Origin: Gemmatimonas sp.
GTDB taxonomy: Bacteria; Gemmatimonadota; Gemmatimonadetes; Gemmatimonadales; Gemmatimonadaceae
Assembly (NCBI GenBank): GCA_965279375.1
Contig: OZ257156.1
Coordinates: 4,576,001 to 4,640,000, forward strand
Direction of reading: 5' to 3'
DNA length: 64,000 bases
Both the position numbers and the translations under genes were made by a program. Under the pieces are notes generated by a model, which saw only the letters and a list, made by a program, of their open reading frames with translations, had not been told where the DNA came from and did not search any database. Positions 1-10,451 of this stretch are shown here, piece after piece; positions within the stretch are counted from its first letter, which is position 1, and every line of letters begins with the position of its first letter.

Positions 1-1371
1 GTCATGCTCGCCAAGCAGTACGAGGCGCTGCGCATCGAGATCGTGGCCACCAGCGCAGTCCGCGATGCCAGTAACGGACCGGAGTTCACGAGTCGCGTGT
101 TCGACAGCACGGGCGTGGAAGTGAGAGTGCTCAGCGGCGAAGAAGAGGCGCTGCTCTCCTTCCGCAGCGCCCTCGCGCACTTCGAACTCGGCTCCGGTCG
201 TTCACTGGTGATGGACATCGGCGGGGGTTCATTGGAGCTGGTGCTCGCCAAGGACGGCCTCATCGAACGCGTCGCGTCGCTTCCCTTCGGCGCGGTGCGC
301 CTGACCGAGCGCTTCCTCTCACCCGTGCTGCGCCCCAAGGGTGTGCGTCTCTTGCGCGAGCACGTGCGCGACGGACTGCGTCGCGCCGTGCCGGTGAAGG
401 ACTGGCGTGGAACGCGCGTCATCGGTTCCGGCGGCACCTTCACCAACCTCGCGGGCATCGTGCTCAATCGTACGGGCGTCAGCGTGCGCTCGGCGCATGG
501 CACGCGCGTGACGCGCGTGGAGCTGGAGCACGTGCTCGATTGGCTGCAGCGCCTCGACCCGACCGAGCGCACGCAGGTGCCGGGGCTCAACCCGGCGCGT
601 GCGGACATCATCGTCGCAGGCCTGGCAACCGCCGCCGAAGTCGTCGCACGATTTGACCCGCGCGATCTGCTCACCTCGGCGTACGGCATTCGCGAAGGAC
701 TGTTGCTCGAGTCGGCGCGCGTCACACCGGTTGTGGCCGATCCTGGCGCGGCGCGCGAACGCTCAGTGCGTGAGTTTGCCGAGCGTTGTCACTACGAAGA
801 GCCGCATTCACGGCAGGTGCAGACGCTCGCGCTGCAGCTCTTCGACGCGCTGGCGCCGCGCATGGGCCTGGGCGCGGTGGACCGTCGTATTCTCGCCGAC
901 GCCGCGCTGCTGCACGATGTGGGTTACCACATCAACTACGAGAATCACAACAAGCACTCGTTCCATCTGATTTCGCATGCCGAATTGCTGGGCATGACGC
1001 CCGCCGAGCAGATCGCGATCGCGCATGTGGCGCGCTACCACCGCGGCGCCTCACCCAAGCGAAAGCACCGTCGGTTCGCCCAACTGGATCGGGTGCTGCG
1101 CGAACGCATCGTGAAGTTGTCCGCACTGCTCCGCTTTGCCGACGGCTTCGATCGCGGTCACGTGAGCGCGGTGGGGCGCCTCAAGGTCCGCTGGACGCAG
1201 GATACGGTGCGCGTGACCGCCGTGGAGGCCACAGGCGCCACCAGTCTCCGCCTCGAGTGCTGGGGCGCCGCCCGCAAGCGCGGCCTGCTGGAGCAGGTTC
1301 TCGGCCGCCCCGTCGAGGTAATTGGTGCGGACGGCACGGTCGTAACCTTCGACGAAGGCGACGGCGAGTAA
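1..1371 (+). CDS. ppx: Ppx/GppA exopolyphosphatase with C-terminal HD domain (5' truncated by window edge)
   Basis: Motifs VATSAVRDASN, LSGEEEA, DIGGGSLE, GSGGT, GIREG and HD-domain ALLHDVG. The N-terminal DIGSNS motif is absent and the frame is open to base 1. Confidence 0.93.
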   Translation, partial: VMLAKQYEALRIEIVATSAVRDASNGPEFTSRVFDSTGVEVRVLSGEEEALLSFRSALAHFELGSGRSLVMDIGGGSLELVLAKDGLIERVASLPFGAVRLTERFLSPVLRPKGVRLLREHVRDGLRRAVPVKDWRGTRVIGSGGTFTNLAGIVLNRTGVSVRSAHGTRVTRVELEHVLDWLQRLDPTERTQVPGLNPARADIIVAGLATAAEVVARFDPRDLLTSAYGIREGLLLESARVTPVVADPGAARERSVREFAERCHYEEPHSRQVQTLALQLFDALAPRMGLGAVDRRILADAALLHDVGYHINYENHNKHSFHLISHAELLGMTPAEQIAIAHVARYHRGASPKRKHRRFAQLDRVLRERIVKLSALLRFADGFDRGHVSAVGRLKVRWTQDTVRVTAVEATGATSLRLECWGAARKRGLLEQVLGRPVEVIGADGTVVTFDEGDGE

Positions 1372-1416
1372 TCACCGCGAACATTGCGTCGCGCGGTGAG
1401 CGTTCACCGCGCGAGG

Positions 1417-3600
1417 TCAGCCGTCGCGCGCAGGCTCCGTTCGCCCCTTCCCTTCCGTTCGCGCATTCCCCTTCGCGCGAGGTGCGCGCCGCGTCGTGGT
1501 GGGCGACGATTTGTCGCGTACGGCCATGCCCCACGCGTGCTTCATGAACGTCGGCTGCGTGGCGATCTCTCGAGCGGTACCGGACTGCCGGCGCCGATAG
1601 ACGCCGTCGGCGCCGAGTTCCCAGGCCTGTCGGTTGTCGGCGAGACAGGTCTCCAGCAGCGAGTGCAGCTGCGTGTGCAGCTGACGGTCTTCGATCGGCG
1701 TCATCACTTCCACTCGACGATCGAGATTGCGCGGCATCCAGTCCGCCGAGCCGATGTAGTACTCGGGCACGCCCCCGTTCGCGACGTACAGCACGCGCGA
1801 ATGCTCCAGGAATCGGCCGATGATCGAGATGACGCGAATGTGCTCGCTGATGCCAGGCACGCCAGGCAGCAGGCAGCAGATGCCGCGCACGATCAGATCG
1901 ATCTCCACGCCATCCTTGGACGCGCGATACAACGCGCCGATCACGCCGGGATCGACGAGGGCGTTCATTTTTGCGATGATCCGTCCACCGCGCCCGGCGC
2001 GCGCATGCGCCGCTTCGCGCTCGATCAGCTCCAGCATGCGTTCGCGTAGGTTGGCCGGTGCCACGAGCAGCTTGCGATAGAACTTCTGACGAGAGACGCC
2101 CGTCAGCGAGTTGAAAAGGTCGGTGAGGTCCGCACCGATCTCCTTGCTGCACGTCAGCAAACCCAAGTCGGTGTAGTGTCGTGCCGTCTTGGAGTTGTAG
2201 TTGCCCGTACCGATGTGCACGTAGCGGCGCAGTCCATCGGGATCACGACGAACGACCAGCGCTGTCTTGGCGTGTGTCTTGAGCCCGGGCAGGCCATACG
2301 CCACATGGATGCCGTAGCTTTCCATCGTGCGCGCGAACGAGATGTTGTTCTGCTCGTCGAATCTCGCTTGCAGTTCGATCAGCACAGCCACCTGCTTGCC
2401 CTGCTCGGCGGCTTCGGTCAACGCGCGCACCAACGCCGTATCGCCCGACGTGCGATACAACGTCATCTTGATCGCGAGCACGTGTGGATCGTGCGCGGCC
2501 ATCTCGAGGAAGGCCTCTACGGACGATGAGAACGACTCGTACGGATGATGCACGAGGATGTCGCGCTCACGGATGGCATCGAAGATGTTTCGCGTGCCAT
2601 CTCGCAGGGCCGGCGGTACCACGGGCGTGAACGGCGGGTCGCGCAGTTCAGGAAGGTCGATCGATGCCAGCGACATCAGATCGCCCAGCTCCAGCACCTC
2701 GTCCACGTCATGCACGTCGCCTGCGCCCAAAGGCGCGACTTCCTGCGTCTCGCTCTCGCCCAATTCCTCGAGCAGCAACGAGCGGATGGACTCAGGCATT
2801 CCACGCTGCACTTCGAGACGCACCACTTCTCCGAAACGGCGCTGAAACACCTGCTGCTCGATCGACTCCAGCAGATCTTCGGGCTGATCCATCTGGCCGA
2901 GATCGAGATCGGAATAGCGCGTGATGCGGAAGGTGAACCAACGCACCACGTCCATGCCCGGGAAGAGCGCGCGCAGATTGGCGCCGATCAGCTCCTCGAG
3001 AGGCACGAAGCAATTCGGCCGGCCGATCGCCACCCAGCGCGGCAGCGAGCGCGGCACCTTCACGCGGGCGAAGTGCTCCTGCCCCGACACCGGATCACGA
3101 ATCTCCACCGCCAGCGAGAGCGAGAGATTCGAGATGTAGGGAAACGGATGGCCCGGGTCCACCGCGAGCGGCGTGAGCACCGGAAAGACTTCCGCCTCGA
3201 AGTACGACGACACGAGGGCCGACTCGTCCGCCGTGAGCTCGTCCATTTGCACGAGGCGAATCCCATGCGCCTCGAGCGACGGCAACAGCAGCTCGCGCAA
3301 CGCGGAACGACGTCGATCGAGCAGCTGCTGCACGCGCGTTCGAATCGCGACGAGCTGATCGGCCGGCGTCAGCGGGTCGGGCTGATACTGCGGAGCCCCG
3401 GCGGCGACCTTTCGACGCAGACCCGCGAGCCGAACCATGTAGAACTCGTCCAGGTTCGTGCTGAAAATCGCGAGAAACTTGAGCCGCTCCAGCAGCGGAA
3501 CCCGCGGATCGAGCGCTTCTTCGAGCACGCGGGCGTTGAACTCGAGCCAGCTGAGCTCGCGGTTCAGGTACGGCAGCGTCTGCGCGGAGAGCGGATTCAT
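1417..3600 (-). CDS. ppk1: Polyphosphate kinase 1
   Basis: NRELSWLEFNARVL, PGHPFPYISNLS, HHPYESF, KTHAK (phospho-His), GRFLEHSR, SADWMPRNLDRRVE. Confidence 0.97.
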   Translation of the reverse strand: MNPLSAQTLPYLNRELSWLEFNARVLEEALDPRVPLLERLKFLAIFSTNLDEFYMVRLAGLRRKVAAGAPQYQPDPLTPADQLVAIRTRVQQLLDRRRSALRELLLPSLEAHGIRLVQMDELTADESALVSSYFEAEVFPVLTPLAVDPGHPFPYISNLSLSLAVEIRDPVSGQEHFARVKVPRSLPRWVAIGRPNCFVPLEELIGANLRALFPGMDVVRWFTFRITRYSDLDLGQMDQPEDLLESIEQQVFQRRFGEVVRLEVQRGMPESIRSLLLEELGESETQEVAPLGAGDVHDVDEVLELGDLMSLASIDLPELRDPPFTPVVPPALRDGTRNIFDAIRERDILVHHPYESFSSSVEAFLEMAAHDPHVLAIKMTLYRTSGDTALVRALTEAAEQGKQVAVLIELQARFDEQNNISFARTMESYGIHVAYGLPGLKTHAKTALVVRRDPDGLRRYVHIGTGNYNSKTARHYTDLGLLTCSKEIGADLTDLFNSLTGVSRQKFYRKLLVAPANLRERMLELIEREAAHARAGRGGRIIAKMNALVDPGVIGALYRASKDGVEIDLIVRGICCLLPGVPGISEHIRVISIIGRFLEHSRVLYVANGGVPEYYIGSADWMPRNLDRRVEVMTPIEDRQLHTQLHSLLETCLADNRQAWELGADGVYRRRQSGTAREIATQPTFMKHAWGMAVRDKSSPTTTRRAPRAKGNARTEGKGRTEPARDG

Positions 3601-3658
3601 GCGGGATCTGGGATCGAGGAGCGCACCGTGAGCGGCGACGCTCCCCGTGCCTGTCTGG

Positions 3659-4690
3659 TTAGACGAACAACGCGAGCAGCTTGTAGGACACCGCCGCCAT
3701 GAAGGCTGACGCGGGGATAGTGATCACCCACGCCCACACAATACGACTCGCGAGCCCCCAGCGCACTGCGGACAATCTGTTTGTCGCGCCGACGCCGACG
3801 ATCGCACCGGTGATGGTGTGCGTGGTGCTCACGGGAATGCCGAGTCGCGTCGCCGTGAGGATTACAAGTGCACCGCCGGTTTCAGCGCAGAATCCGCCGA
3901 CCGGCTTGAGCTTGGTGATGCGCGTACCCATGGTGTGCACGATGCGCCAGCCGCCCGACAGCGTGCCCAGAGAAATACACGAGTACGCGGCAATCTCGAT
4001 CCACGTCGGTATCGACTTGAGATCTTCCACGTAGAAGAAGTGCAGCCATCCCGGCTGCGCCGCGAAGAGCGCCTTGGACGCCACCAACAGCGCGACAATG
4101 ATGCCCATCGTCTTCTGCGCGTCGTTGCTGCCGTGCGCGAGCGACAACAGGGCCGAGCTGGTGAGCTGCGCGACCCGGAAGAACTTGTCGACCCGGGCGT
4201 TGGTCGCGTTACGGAAGATGTTGAAGACGGCGACCATGAGCAGAAAGCCCATGAGCATACCGAGGGCGGGCGACATCACGATCGCGAGCAACGTCTCGAT
4301 CCACTTGGGCCCCCAAAGCAGCGCTCCCCAACCGGCCTTCGCTACGGCTGCACCGGCGTACCCGCCGATGAGCGCATGCGAGGAGCTGGATGGAATCCCG
4401 AACCACCAGGTAATCAGGTTCCAGATGATCGCGCCGAGCAGGCCTCCGAGAATGACACTCGGATCGACGATGCTCATGTCGATGAAGCCGCCGCCGAATG
4501 CCTTGGCGACGGCGGTGCCCGCCACGAAGAGGGCCGCGAAGTTGAAGAACGCCGCCCAGATGACAGCGGCAAGGGGACTGAGAACGCGCGTCCCGACGAT
4601 CGTCGCGATGGAATTCGCCGAGTCGTGAAAGCCGTTGATGTAGTCGAACGCCAACGCCATCACGACAATGAACAACACGAAGTAGACCAC
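3659..4690 (-). CDS. pit: PiT-family inorganic phosphate transporter
   Basis: Signatures NGFHDSANSIAT, GIPSSSSHA, HGSNDAQK, PVSTTH; multiple TM segments. GTG start chosen at 4690, just after the DUF47 stop. Confidence 0.93.
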   Translation of the reverse strand: MVYFVLFIVVMALAFDYINGFHDSANSIATIVGTRVLSPLAAVIWAAFFNFAALFVAGTAVAKAFGGGFIDMSIVDPSVILGGLLGAIIWNLITWWFGIPSSSSHALIGGYAGAAVAKAGWGALLWGPKWIETLLAIVMSPALGMLMGFLLMVAVFNIFRNATNARVDKFFRVAQLTSSALLSLAHGSNDAQKTMGIIVALLVASKALFAAQPGWLHFFYVEDLKSIPTWIEIAAYSCISLGTLSGGWRIVHTMGTRITKLKPVGGFCAETGGALVILTATRLGIPVSTTHTITGAIVGVGATNRLSAVRWGLASRIVWAWVITIPASAFMAAVSYKLLALFV

Positions 4691-4697
4691 AGGACGA

Positions 4698-5309
4698 TCA
4701 GCTATTCTTGAGCGCGATGCTTTCCAGCACGTTCGACACGTCATCGCACTCGTCGATGGCGTGCTCCAGTGCGTCAAAGATTTCCTTCCATTTGAGCACT
4801 TCGATCGCCGGTTCTTCATTGGCAAACAGGGCGCCGACGTTCTCGGCGTACAGCACGTCGCCCTCTTCCTCGAGCAGCTTGATTGCTCGGCTGTGCTCCA
4901 CCATACGCTGGCGCTTGGTGACGTCTGATACCGAGTCCAGAATCTCCTTGCTGGCTCGCACGATGACATCCGCCATCTTCACGGCGCCCGGCCGCGCTTC
5001 GGTCACGCGGAACATCACGACTCGACGCGCCGCGCCGTTGATGATGTCGATCACGTTGTCGAGTCGCTTCGCCAGCACATGAATGTCTTCGCGATCCAGC
5101 GGCGTTACAAAGCTTGTATCGATGCGCTGGTTGATCTGGTGCACGATCGCATCGCCTTCCGTTTCGACCTTCTTGATCTCGGTCGCGATGCGCACCGAAT
5201 CGGTCGGAGATTCCAGCAGACCGCGCAGCAGCGTCGCGGAGCTGCCGATGTGTATCGCGAGTTGGCGGAAATGATCGAAGAATGTTTCGTCTTTGGCGAA
5301 GAGCTTCAC
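4698..5309 (-). CDS. DUF47 family phosphate transport regulator (PhoU-like, pit accessory)
   Basis: ETEGDAIVHQI, FVTPLDREDI, EEEGD, KWKEIFDALE; immediately upstream of pit; GTG start estimated. Confidence 0.9.
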   Translation of the reverse strand: MKLFAKDETFFDHFRQLAIHIGSSATLLRGLLESPTDSVRIATEIKKVETEGDAIVHQINQRIDTSFVTPLDREDIHVLAKRLDNVIDIINGAARRVVMFRVTEARPGAVKMADVIVRASKEILDSVSDVTKRQRMVEHSRAIKLLEEEGDVLYAENVGALFANEEPAIEVLKWKEIFDALEHAIDECDDVSNVLESIALKNS

Positions 5310-5424
5310 GGCTGCTTGTTGGCTGAGGAATCGCTGGTACTCGCGCAAATCCGACGTCGGAGACGCCGTGCGCTGTGACCGGGAATGAAGCGCCGCCTAC
5401 ACCACTGCAGGAACGGCGAGGTCC

Positions 5425-5440
5425 GTAACGATTGCGTCAC
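5425..5440. promoter_or_regulatory. Possible pho-box-like direct repeat (GTAAC/GTCAC, 11-bp period)
   Basis: GTAACGATTGCGTCAC upstream of DUF47-pit-ppk1. Confidence 0.3.
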
Positions 5441-5499
5441 CGAGCTCGCCGCGCCATGCGCGGATTCGATGCGTTACACGACGTACGAGCAGCGATGGT

Positions 5500-6258
5500 T
5501 CACGACCAAACGACTTTCGCATCGCCGCCCTGCGTGCGACGCCGGATGAACTCGCGGTCTGCGAACCAGCGGATGAGCAGGACGCCTGCCACGAATCCGC
5601 CGATGTGCGCCCACACCGCCACGCCGCCAGAGATATCGCGACGCAATGACGAGAGTTGCGGCAGACCGTTCACGACCTGGCTGCCGAACCACAGGATGAG
5701 CACGGCCCACGCCGGGAGCCGGATGAAGAAGACCGGCGGGATGTAGGTCCGCACCCGGACCGATGGATACAGCAAGAGATACGCACCCATGACACCGGAG
5801 ATCGCGCCAGAAGCGCCCACGGTGGGCACAGGTGACGCCGGCGATACCATCACGTGTGCGGCGGCGGCGATGACGCCTGTCAGCAGGTAGAAGGCAAGAA
5901 ACCGTCCACGCCCCATGCTGTCCTCGACGTTGTTGCCGAAGACCCAGAGAAACAGCGAATTCCCGATCAGGTGCATCCAGCTGCCGTGCAGAAACATCGA
6001 GCTGATCGGCGTGAACCAGTTGATCGCCTCCGCGTCCACCACGCAGGCCATGCCGTAACCGAGCGGCACGGCCTGTCCGAGCGGGGCCAGATGCGTCAAC
6101 TCGCCCGGGACCAGCCCGTAATTGCACACGGTCTTGGCCAACTCCACCGGCTGCCCCGCATGCTGCACCAGCAGCCAGACCGCCCACGTGACCACCAGAA
6201 TGGCCACGGTCATGACCGGGGCGCGGAGCGTCGGGTTTTCGTCGCTGATCGGGAACAT
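5500..6258 (-). CDS. Rhomboid family intramembrane serine protease
   Basis: MFPISDENP start, SMFLHGSWMHLIGN, catalytic GASG and WAHIGG. Confidence 0.92.
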   Translation of the reverse strand: MFPISDENPTLRAPVMTVAILVVTWAVWLLVQHAGQPVELAKTVCNYGLVPGELTHLAPLGQAVPLGYGMACVVDAEAINWFTPISSMFLHGSWMHLIGNSLFLWVFGNNVEDSMGRGRFLAFYLLTGVIAAAAHVMVSPASPVPTVGASGAISGVMGAYLLLYPSVRVRTYIPPVFFIRLPAWAVLILWFGSQVVNGLPQLSSLRRDISGGVAVWAHIGGFVAGVLLIRWFADREFIRRRTQGGDAKVVWS

Positions 6259-6485
6259 GAAATGCAGTACTCGTGGGTGCTGGGATGGGTTTCCCGCAAA
6301 GCTGTCTGCCAGTGCCAAGCCGCGCCAGAAAGGCAGTCTGCCAACGCGGCACCGCCGGTCTCCTGAAATTCCGCACAACTCGGCCTACTCGGCAGGATTC
6401 GTGCGGCCCACCCCTTGCCTGTTGCGGGGGGAGTTGACGGCCAGCCGGTCGTCTTCGACGTCTTATCGCCAAAACAGAGGAAGCA

Positions 6486-8426
6486 ATGGCAGAGAAAGTT
6501 ATCGGTATCGACCTCGGCACCACCAACTCGGTCGTCAGTGTGCTCGAGGGTGGCGATCCGGTCGTGATTCCGAACGCCGAAGGCGGGCGGACCACTCCGT
6601 CCGTGGTCGGCTTTACGAAGGACGGCGAGCGCCTGGTTGGCCAGATCGCCAAGCGACAGGCTGTCACCAATCCTCAGAACACCATCTTCTCCATCAAGCG
6701 CTTCATGGGCCGCCGCACGTCGGAAGCCCAGAGCGAGCAGTCTCGCGTGCCGTACAAGATCGTCGCCGGGCCCAATGACGTCGCGTCCGTGGAAGTGGGT
6801 GGCAAGCGCTACACGCCCCCCGAAGTCTCCGCGATGATCCTGCAGAAGATGAAGCAGACCGCTGAGGATTACCTCGGCCACCCGGTGACCAAGGCGGTCA
6901 TCACGGTGCCCGCGTACTTCAACGACGCTCAGCGCCAGGCAACCAAGGACGCCGGCAAGATCGCCGGCCTCGAAGTGCTGCGTATCATCAACGAGCCCAC
7001 GGCGGCGGCGCTGGCCTACGGCCTCGACAAGAACAAGAAGAAGGACGAGAAGGTCGCCGTGTTCGACCTGGGCGGCGGCACGTATGACATCTCCGTCCTC
7101 GAACTGTACGACGTCGACGGCACGCGCCAGTTCGAAGTGAAGTCCACCAACGGCGACACGCACCTTGGCGGCGATGACTTCGACCAGCGCGTGATGGATT
7201 GGCTGGTGGCCGAGTTCAAGCGCGATCAGGCCATCGACCTGTCGAAGGATCCGATGGCGATCCAGCGCCTCAAGGAAGCGGCCGAAAAGGCCAAGATGGA
7301 GCTCTCGAGCGCGAACAGCACCGACATCAACCTGCCGTTCATCACGGCGGACCAGTCGGGCCCGAAGCACCTCAACTACTCGCTCACGCGCGCCAAGTTC
7401 GAGCAGCTGGTGGACGATCTCATCCAGCGCACCCTCGAGCCGATGAAGCAGGCGCTCAAGGATGCCGGCATGCAGCCGAGCGAAGTCGACGAGGTCATTC
7501 TCGTCGGTGGTTCGACGCGCATTCCGAAGATTCAGCAGGTGGTGAAGGAGTTCTTCGGCAAGGAGCCCAACAAGGGTGTAAACCCGGACGAAGTCGTTGC
7601 CGTTGGCGCGGCCATCCAGGGCGCCGTGCTCACGGGCGAGCAGAAGGACGTGCTGCTGCTCGACGTGACGCCGCTCTCGCTCGGTATCGAGACGCTCGGT
7701 GGCGTGATGACGGTGCTCATCCCGCGCAACACGACGATCCCGACCAAGAAGGCGGAGACGTTCTCCACCGCGGACGACAATCAGACGACAGTGGAGATCC
7801 ACGTGCTGCAGGGCGAGCGCGATCTGGCGGTCTATAACCGCACGATCGGCAAGTTCCAGCTCACGGGTATCCCGCCCGCACCGCGCGGCATGCCGCAGGT
7901 GGAAGTCACGTTCGACATCGACGCGAACGGCATCCTGCATGTGACCGCACGCGACAAGGCGTCGGGCAAGGAGCAGAAGATCCGCATCGAAGCGTCGAGC
8001 GGCCTCTCGGACAACGACATCGACAAGATGGTCAAGGACGCCGAGAAGAACGCGACGGAAGACAAGAAGCGTCGTGAGGAAATCGAGATTCGCAATCGTC
8101 TCGACTCGCAGACGTACGAAGTCGAGAAGAATGTGAAGGAGTGGGGCGACAAGGTCGCTGCTCCGCTCAAGGAACGGATCGATGCATCGATCGAGCGGGC
8201 CCGCAAGGCGCTCCGCGGCGACGACATCAACGAGATCCGCGCCGCGCAGGAAGAGCTGACGAAGGCATACAGCGAAGCGGGTCAGGCCTTCTATCAGCAG
8301 CAGTCTGCCGAAGCGGCCAACGCGGCGCCGGGTGCTGAGGGAGCTTCCTCGGCGGGTGCCGCCTCGGACGCGAAGGCGGAAGAAGTCGTCGAAGCCGACT
8401 ACGAGATCGTCGACGACAAGAAGTAA
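6486..8426 (+). CDS. dnaK: Chaperone DnaK (Hsp70)
   Basis: [46 protein letters not shown] upstream. Confidence 0.99.
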   Translation: MAEKVIGIDLGTTNSVVSVLEGGDPVVIPNAEGGRTTPSVVGFTKDGERLVGQIAKRQAVTNPQNTIFSIKRFMGRRTSEAQSEQSRVPYKIVAGPNDVASVEVGGKRYTPPEVSAMILQKMKQTAEDYLGHPVTKAVITVPAYFNDAQRQATKDAGKIAGLEVLRIINEPTAAALAYGLDKNKKKDEKVAVFDLGGGTYDISVLELYDVDGTRQFEVKSTNGDTHLGGDDFDQRVMDWLVAEFKRDQAIDLSKDPMAIQRLKEAAEKAKMELSSANSTDINLPFITADQSGPKHLNYSLTRAKFEQLVDDLIQRTLEPMKQALKDAGMQPSEVDEVILVGGSTRIPKIQQVVKEFFGKEPNKGVNPDEVVAVGAAIQGAVLTGEQKDVLLLDVTPLSLGIETLGGVMTVLIPRNTTIPTKKAETFSTADDNQTTVEIHVLQGERDLAVYNRTIGKFQLTGIPPAPRGMPQVEVTFDIDANGILHVTARDKASGKEQKIRIEASSGLSDNDIDKMVKDAEKNATEDKKRREEIEIRNRLDSQTYEVEKNVKEWGDKVAAPLKERIDASIERARKALRGDDINEIRAAQEELTKAYSEAGQAFYQQQSAEAANAAPGAEGASSAGAASDAKAEEVVEADYEIVDDKK

Positions 8427-8459
8427 GGACGCGCAGTAAGCTTTAGCCGGGCCGTCTCA

Positions 8460-8486
8460 GGAAACAGTCTGGGCCGGTCCGGTGTC
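8460..8486 (+). promoter_or_regulatory. Putative ECF sigma promoter for htrA (GGAAAC-N17-TGTC)
   Basis: AAC/-35 and GT/-10 ECF-like elements 45 bp upstream of htrA; same spacing as the motif at 58817-58843. Confidence 0.45.
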
Positions 8487-8530
8487 TTATCGTACCACGC
8501 TTCATCATGAACTCTGAACGGTAGACTCAC

Positions 8531-10066
8531 ATGGCATCACGATTCTCACGGTTCCGATTTGCTACGGTTGCAGTTCTCAGCTTTGCCGGCGGTGTCTTCT
8601 TCGCGTCCGGCATGGACTTCACCCGCTTTGCGTGGGCGCAAAACGCCACTCCCGCCCGCCCGGCCGTCATGCGTGGCCCCGGTGCCCCTGAGGGCGCGGG
8701 TTCATTTGCCGACATCGCCGAACGCGTCACCCCCACCGTCGTCGCCGTCAACACGACGCGTAACGCCCGCCCGATGCGCGGACGCATTCGCGGCCAGGTG
8801 CCGCAGGGGATGGAAGATCTGCTCGAGCAGTTTGGCCAGCGCCAGCAGCCCCAGGTGCAGCGCGGCGAAGGTTCGGGCTTCATCATGAGCACCGACGGCT
8901 ACATCGTCACGAACAACCACGTCGTGGCGGATGCCGATCAGGTCAACATCACGCTGAGCGACGGCCGCATCTTCAAGGCGCGCGTGGTGGGTACCGACTC
9001 CACGACCGACGTGGCCGTGGTCAAGATCGACGCGAAGAGCCTGCCCACCCTGCCCGTCGGCAACGACGAAACGGTGCGCATTGGCGACTGGGTGCTCGCG
9101 GTCGGTAACCCGCTCGGCCTCGACTTCACCGTCACGGCAGGTATCGTGTCGGCCAAGGGACGCGGTCAGGAGATTCAGCTGCCGAACGCTGGCGGCATGT
9201 CGATCTCCGATTTCATCCAGACGGACGCGGCGATCAATCCCGGAAACTCTGGCGGACCGCTCATCAACCTGCGCGGCGAAGTGATCGGCCTCAATTCGGC
9301 GATCGCGAGCCAGACCGGCTACTACTCGGGCTACGGGTTCGCCATTCCCATTACGCTCGTGAAGTCGGTCGCCGACATGCTCATCAAGGACGGTCGCGTG
9401 CGTCTGCCGGTGATGGGTATCGCGATCGCGCCGCTGAACGCGGACGACGCGGGAATCAACGGCATGGCCAAGGCCGCGGGTGTGAAGGTCGGCAGCTACT
9501 CGCTCGGCGAGCGGAGCCCGGCCAAGGCGGCAGGTATCGAGCCGGGTGACGTGATTGTCTCGGTGGACGGCAAGCCGGTGGATCGCGTGAGCGCGCTGCA
9601 GCGCGTGGTCCGCTCGCACAAGGTCGGCGAGACGGTCCCCGTGGAAGTGCTGCGGTACGGCACGAAGAAGAGCTTCAAGGTCAAGCTGGTGGAAGCGGAT
9701 CCGGATGAGCGCGTCGCGGCGCAGCCCGCGGCCGCTTCGCCGACGGGCGCCGCCTCGACCGGCAAGCTTGGCATCACGGTGGAGCCGCTGAGCCCGGAGA
9801 TGATCAAGCAGTTGGGACTCGCGGCCGACCGCGGCGTGCGGGTGGCGGAGGTTGCGCAGGACGGCGTATCGGCGGAGAAGCTGGAGGCCGGCAGCGACAT
9901 TCTGCTGGAGGTGCTGTATCCGCTGCCCAAGCGCTCGATCAAAAACGTCGCAGACTTGCAGGCGGTGGTATCGGGGCTCAAGGACGGCGGTTACGTGAGC
10001 TTCCTGGTGATGTCGCTGCGACAGGGCGGCGCCACGCGCGTGGTGAATCTCAAGGTCGGCGGCTAG
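8531..10066 (+). CDS. htrA: HtrA/DegP (Do family) periplasmic serine protease with two PDZ domains
   Basis: N-terminal signal/TM, GSGFI, TNNHVV, DVAVVK, QTDAAINPGNSGGPL, PDZ repeats. Confidence 0.95.
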   Translation: MASRFSRFRFATVAVLSFAGGVFFASGMDFTRFAWAQNATPARPAVMRGPGAPEGAGSFADIAERVTPTVVAVNTTRNARPMRGRIRGQVPQGMEDLLEQFGQRQQPQVQRGEGSGFIMSTDGYIVTNNHVVADADQVNITLSDGRIFKARVVGTDSTTDVAVVKIDAKSLPTLPVGNDETVRIGDWVLAVGNPLGLDFTVTAGIVSAKGRGQEIQLPNAGGMSISDFIQTDAAINPGNSGGPLINLRGEVIGLNSAIASQTGYYSGYGFAIPITLVKSVADMLIKDGRVRLPVMGIAIAPLNADDAGINGMAKAAGVKVGSYSLGERSPAKAAGIEPGDVIVSVDGKPVDRVSALQRVVRSHKVGETVPVEVLRYGTKKSFKVKLVEADPDERVAAQPAAASPTGAASTGKLGITVEPLSPEMIKQLGLAADRGVRVAEVAQDGVSAEKLEAGSDILLEVLYPLPKRSIKNVADLQAVVSGLKDGGYVSFLVMSLRQGGATRVVNLKVGG

Positions 10067-10107
10067 CGATCGACTGCTGGCAATCATTCACACCGCCGGA
10101 TGTGACA

Positions 10108-10150
10108 GCGCGCGGTACCGTCCTTCGGGGTGGTACCGCGCGGTTCTTTT
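10108..10150 (+). terminator. Rho-independent terminator after htrA
   Basis: Stem GCGCGGTACC...GGTACCGCGC followed by GGTTCTTTT. Confidence 0.75.
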
Positions 10151-10230
10151 GCGGCGCCTGAGACTCGACAACGCGATCGACCCTGCCCTGCGCCGAAGGT
10201 CGAGTGGGTTTAGGTTGGACGCCGTGGCAC

Positions 10231-10312
10231 GCGGACGTGGCGAAATTGGTAGACGCACCAGCCTTAGGAGCTGGCGGGGCGACCCATCCCGGTTCGAGTC
10301 CGGGCGTTCGCA
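10231..10312 (+). tRNA. tRNA-Leu (anticodon TAG), long variable arm, CCA not encoded
   Basis: Acceptor GCGGACG/CGTTCGC; D-arm TGGCGAAATTGGTAGACGC; anticodon stem CCAGC-CTTAGGA-GCTGG; T-loop GGTTCGAGTCC. Confidence 0.96.
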
Positions 10313-10433
10313 TAGAGTGGAGCTGTTACCGAGCTGGCATGACGCGCCATCGATCGCGGGTGTCGGTGAGCGATGCGGCTCAGGCGTCGTCGCGCTGTCG
10401 CTGCATCCAGCGCGATGTTTAATACGAACACAG

Positions 10434-10451
10434 TGTCAATCCTGATTGACA
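10434..10451. promoter_or_regulatory. Palindromic operator TGTC-N10-GACA (PpsR/CrtJ-type consensus) upstream of crtB
   Basis: TGTCAATCCTGATTGACA; contains a perfect TTGACA. Confidence 0.55.

Noticed and set aside
6259..6485. CIRCE element before dnaK
   Set aside because: No match to TTAGCACTC-N9-GAGTGCTAA
6210..7940. 576-aa antisense ORF over dnaK
   Set aside because: Well-known shadow ORF produced by codon bias on the opposite strand of dnaK; no recognisable motifs
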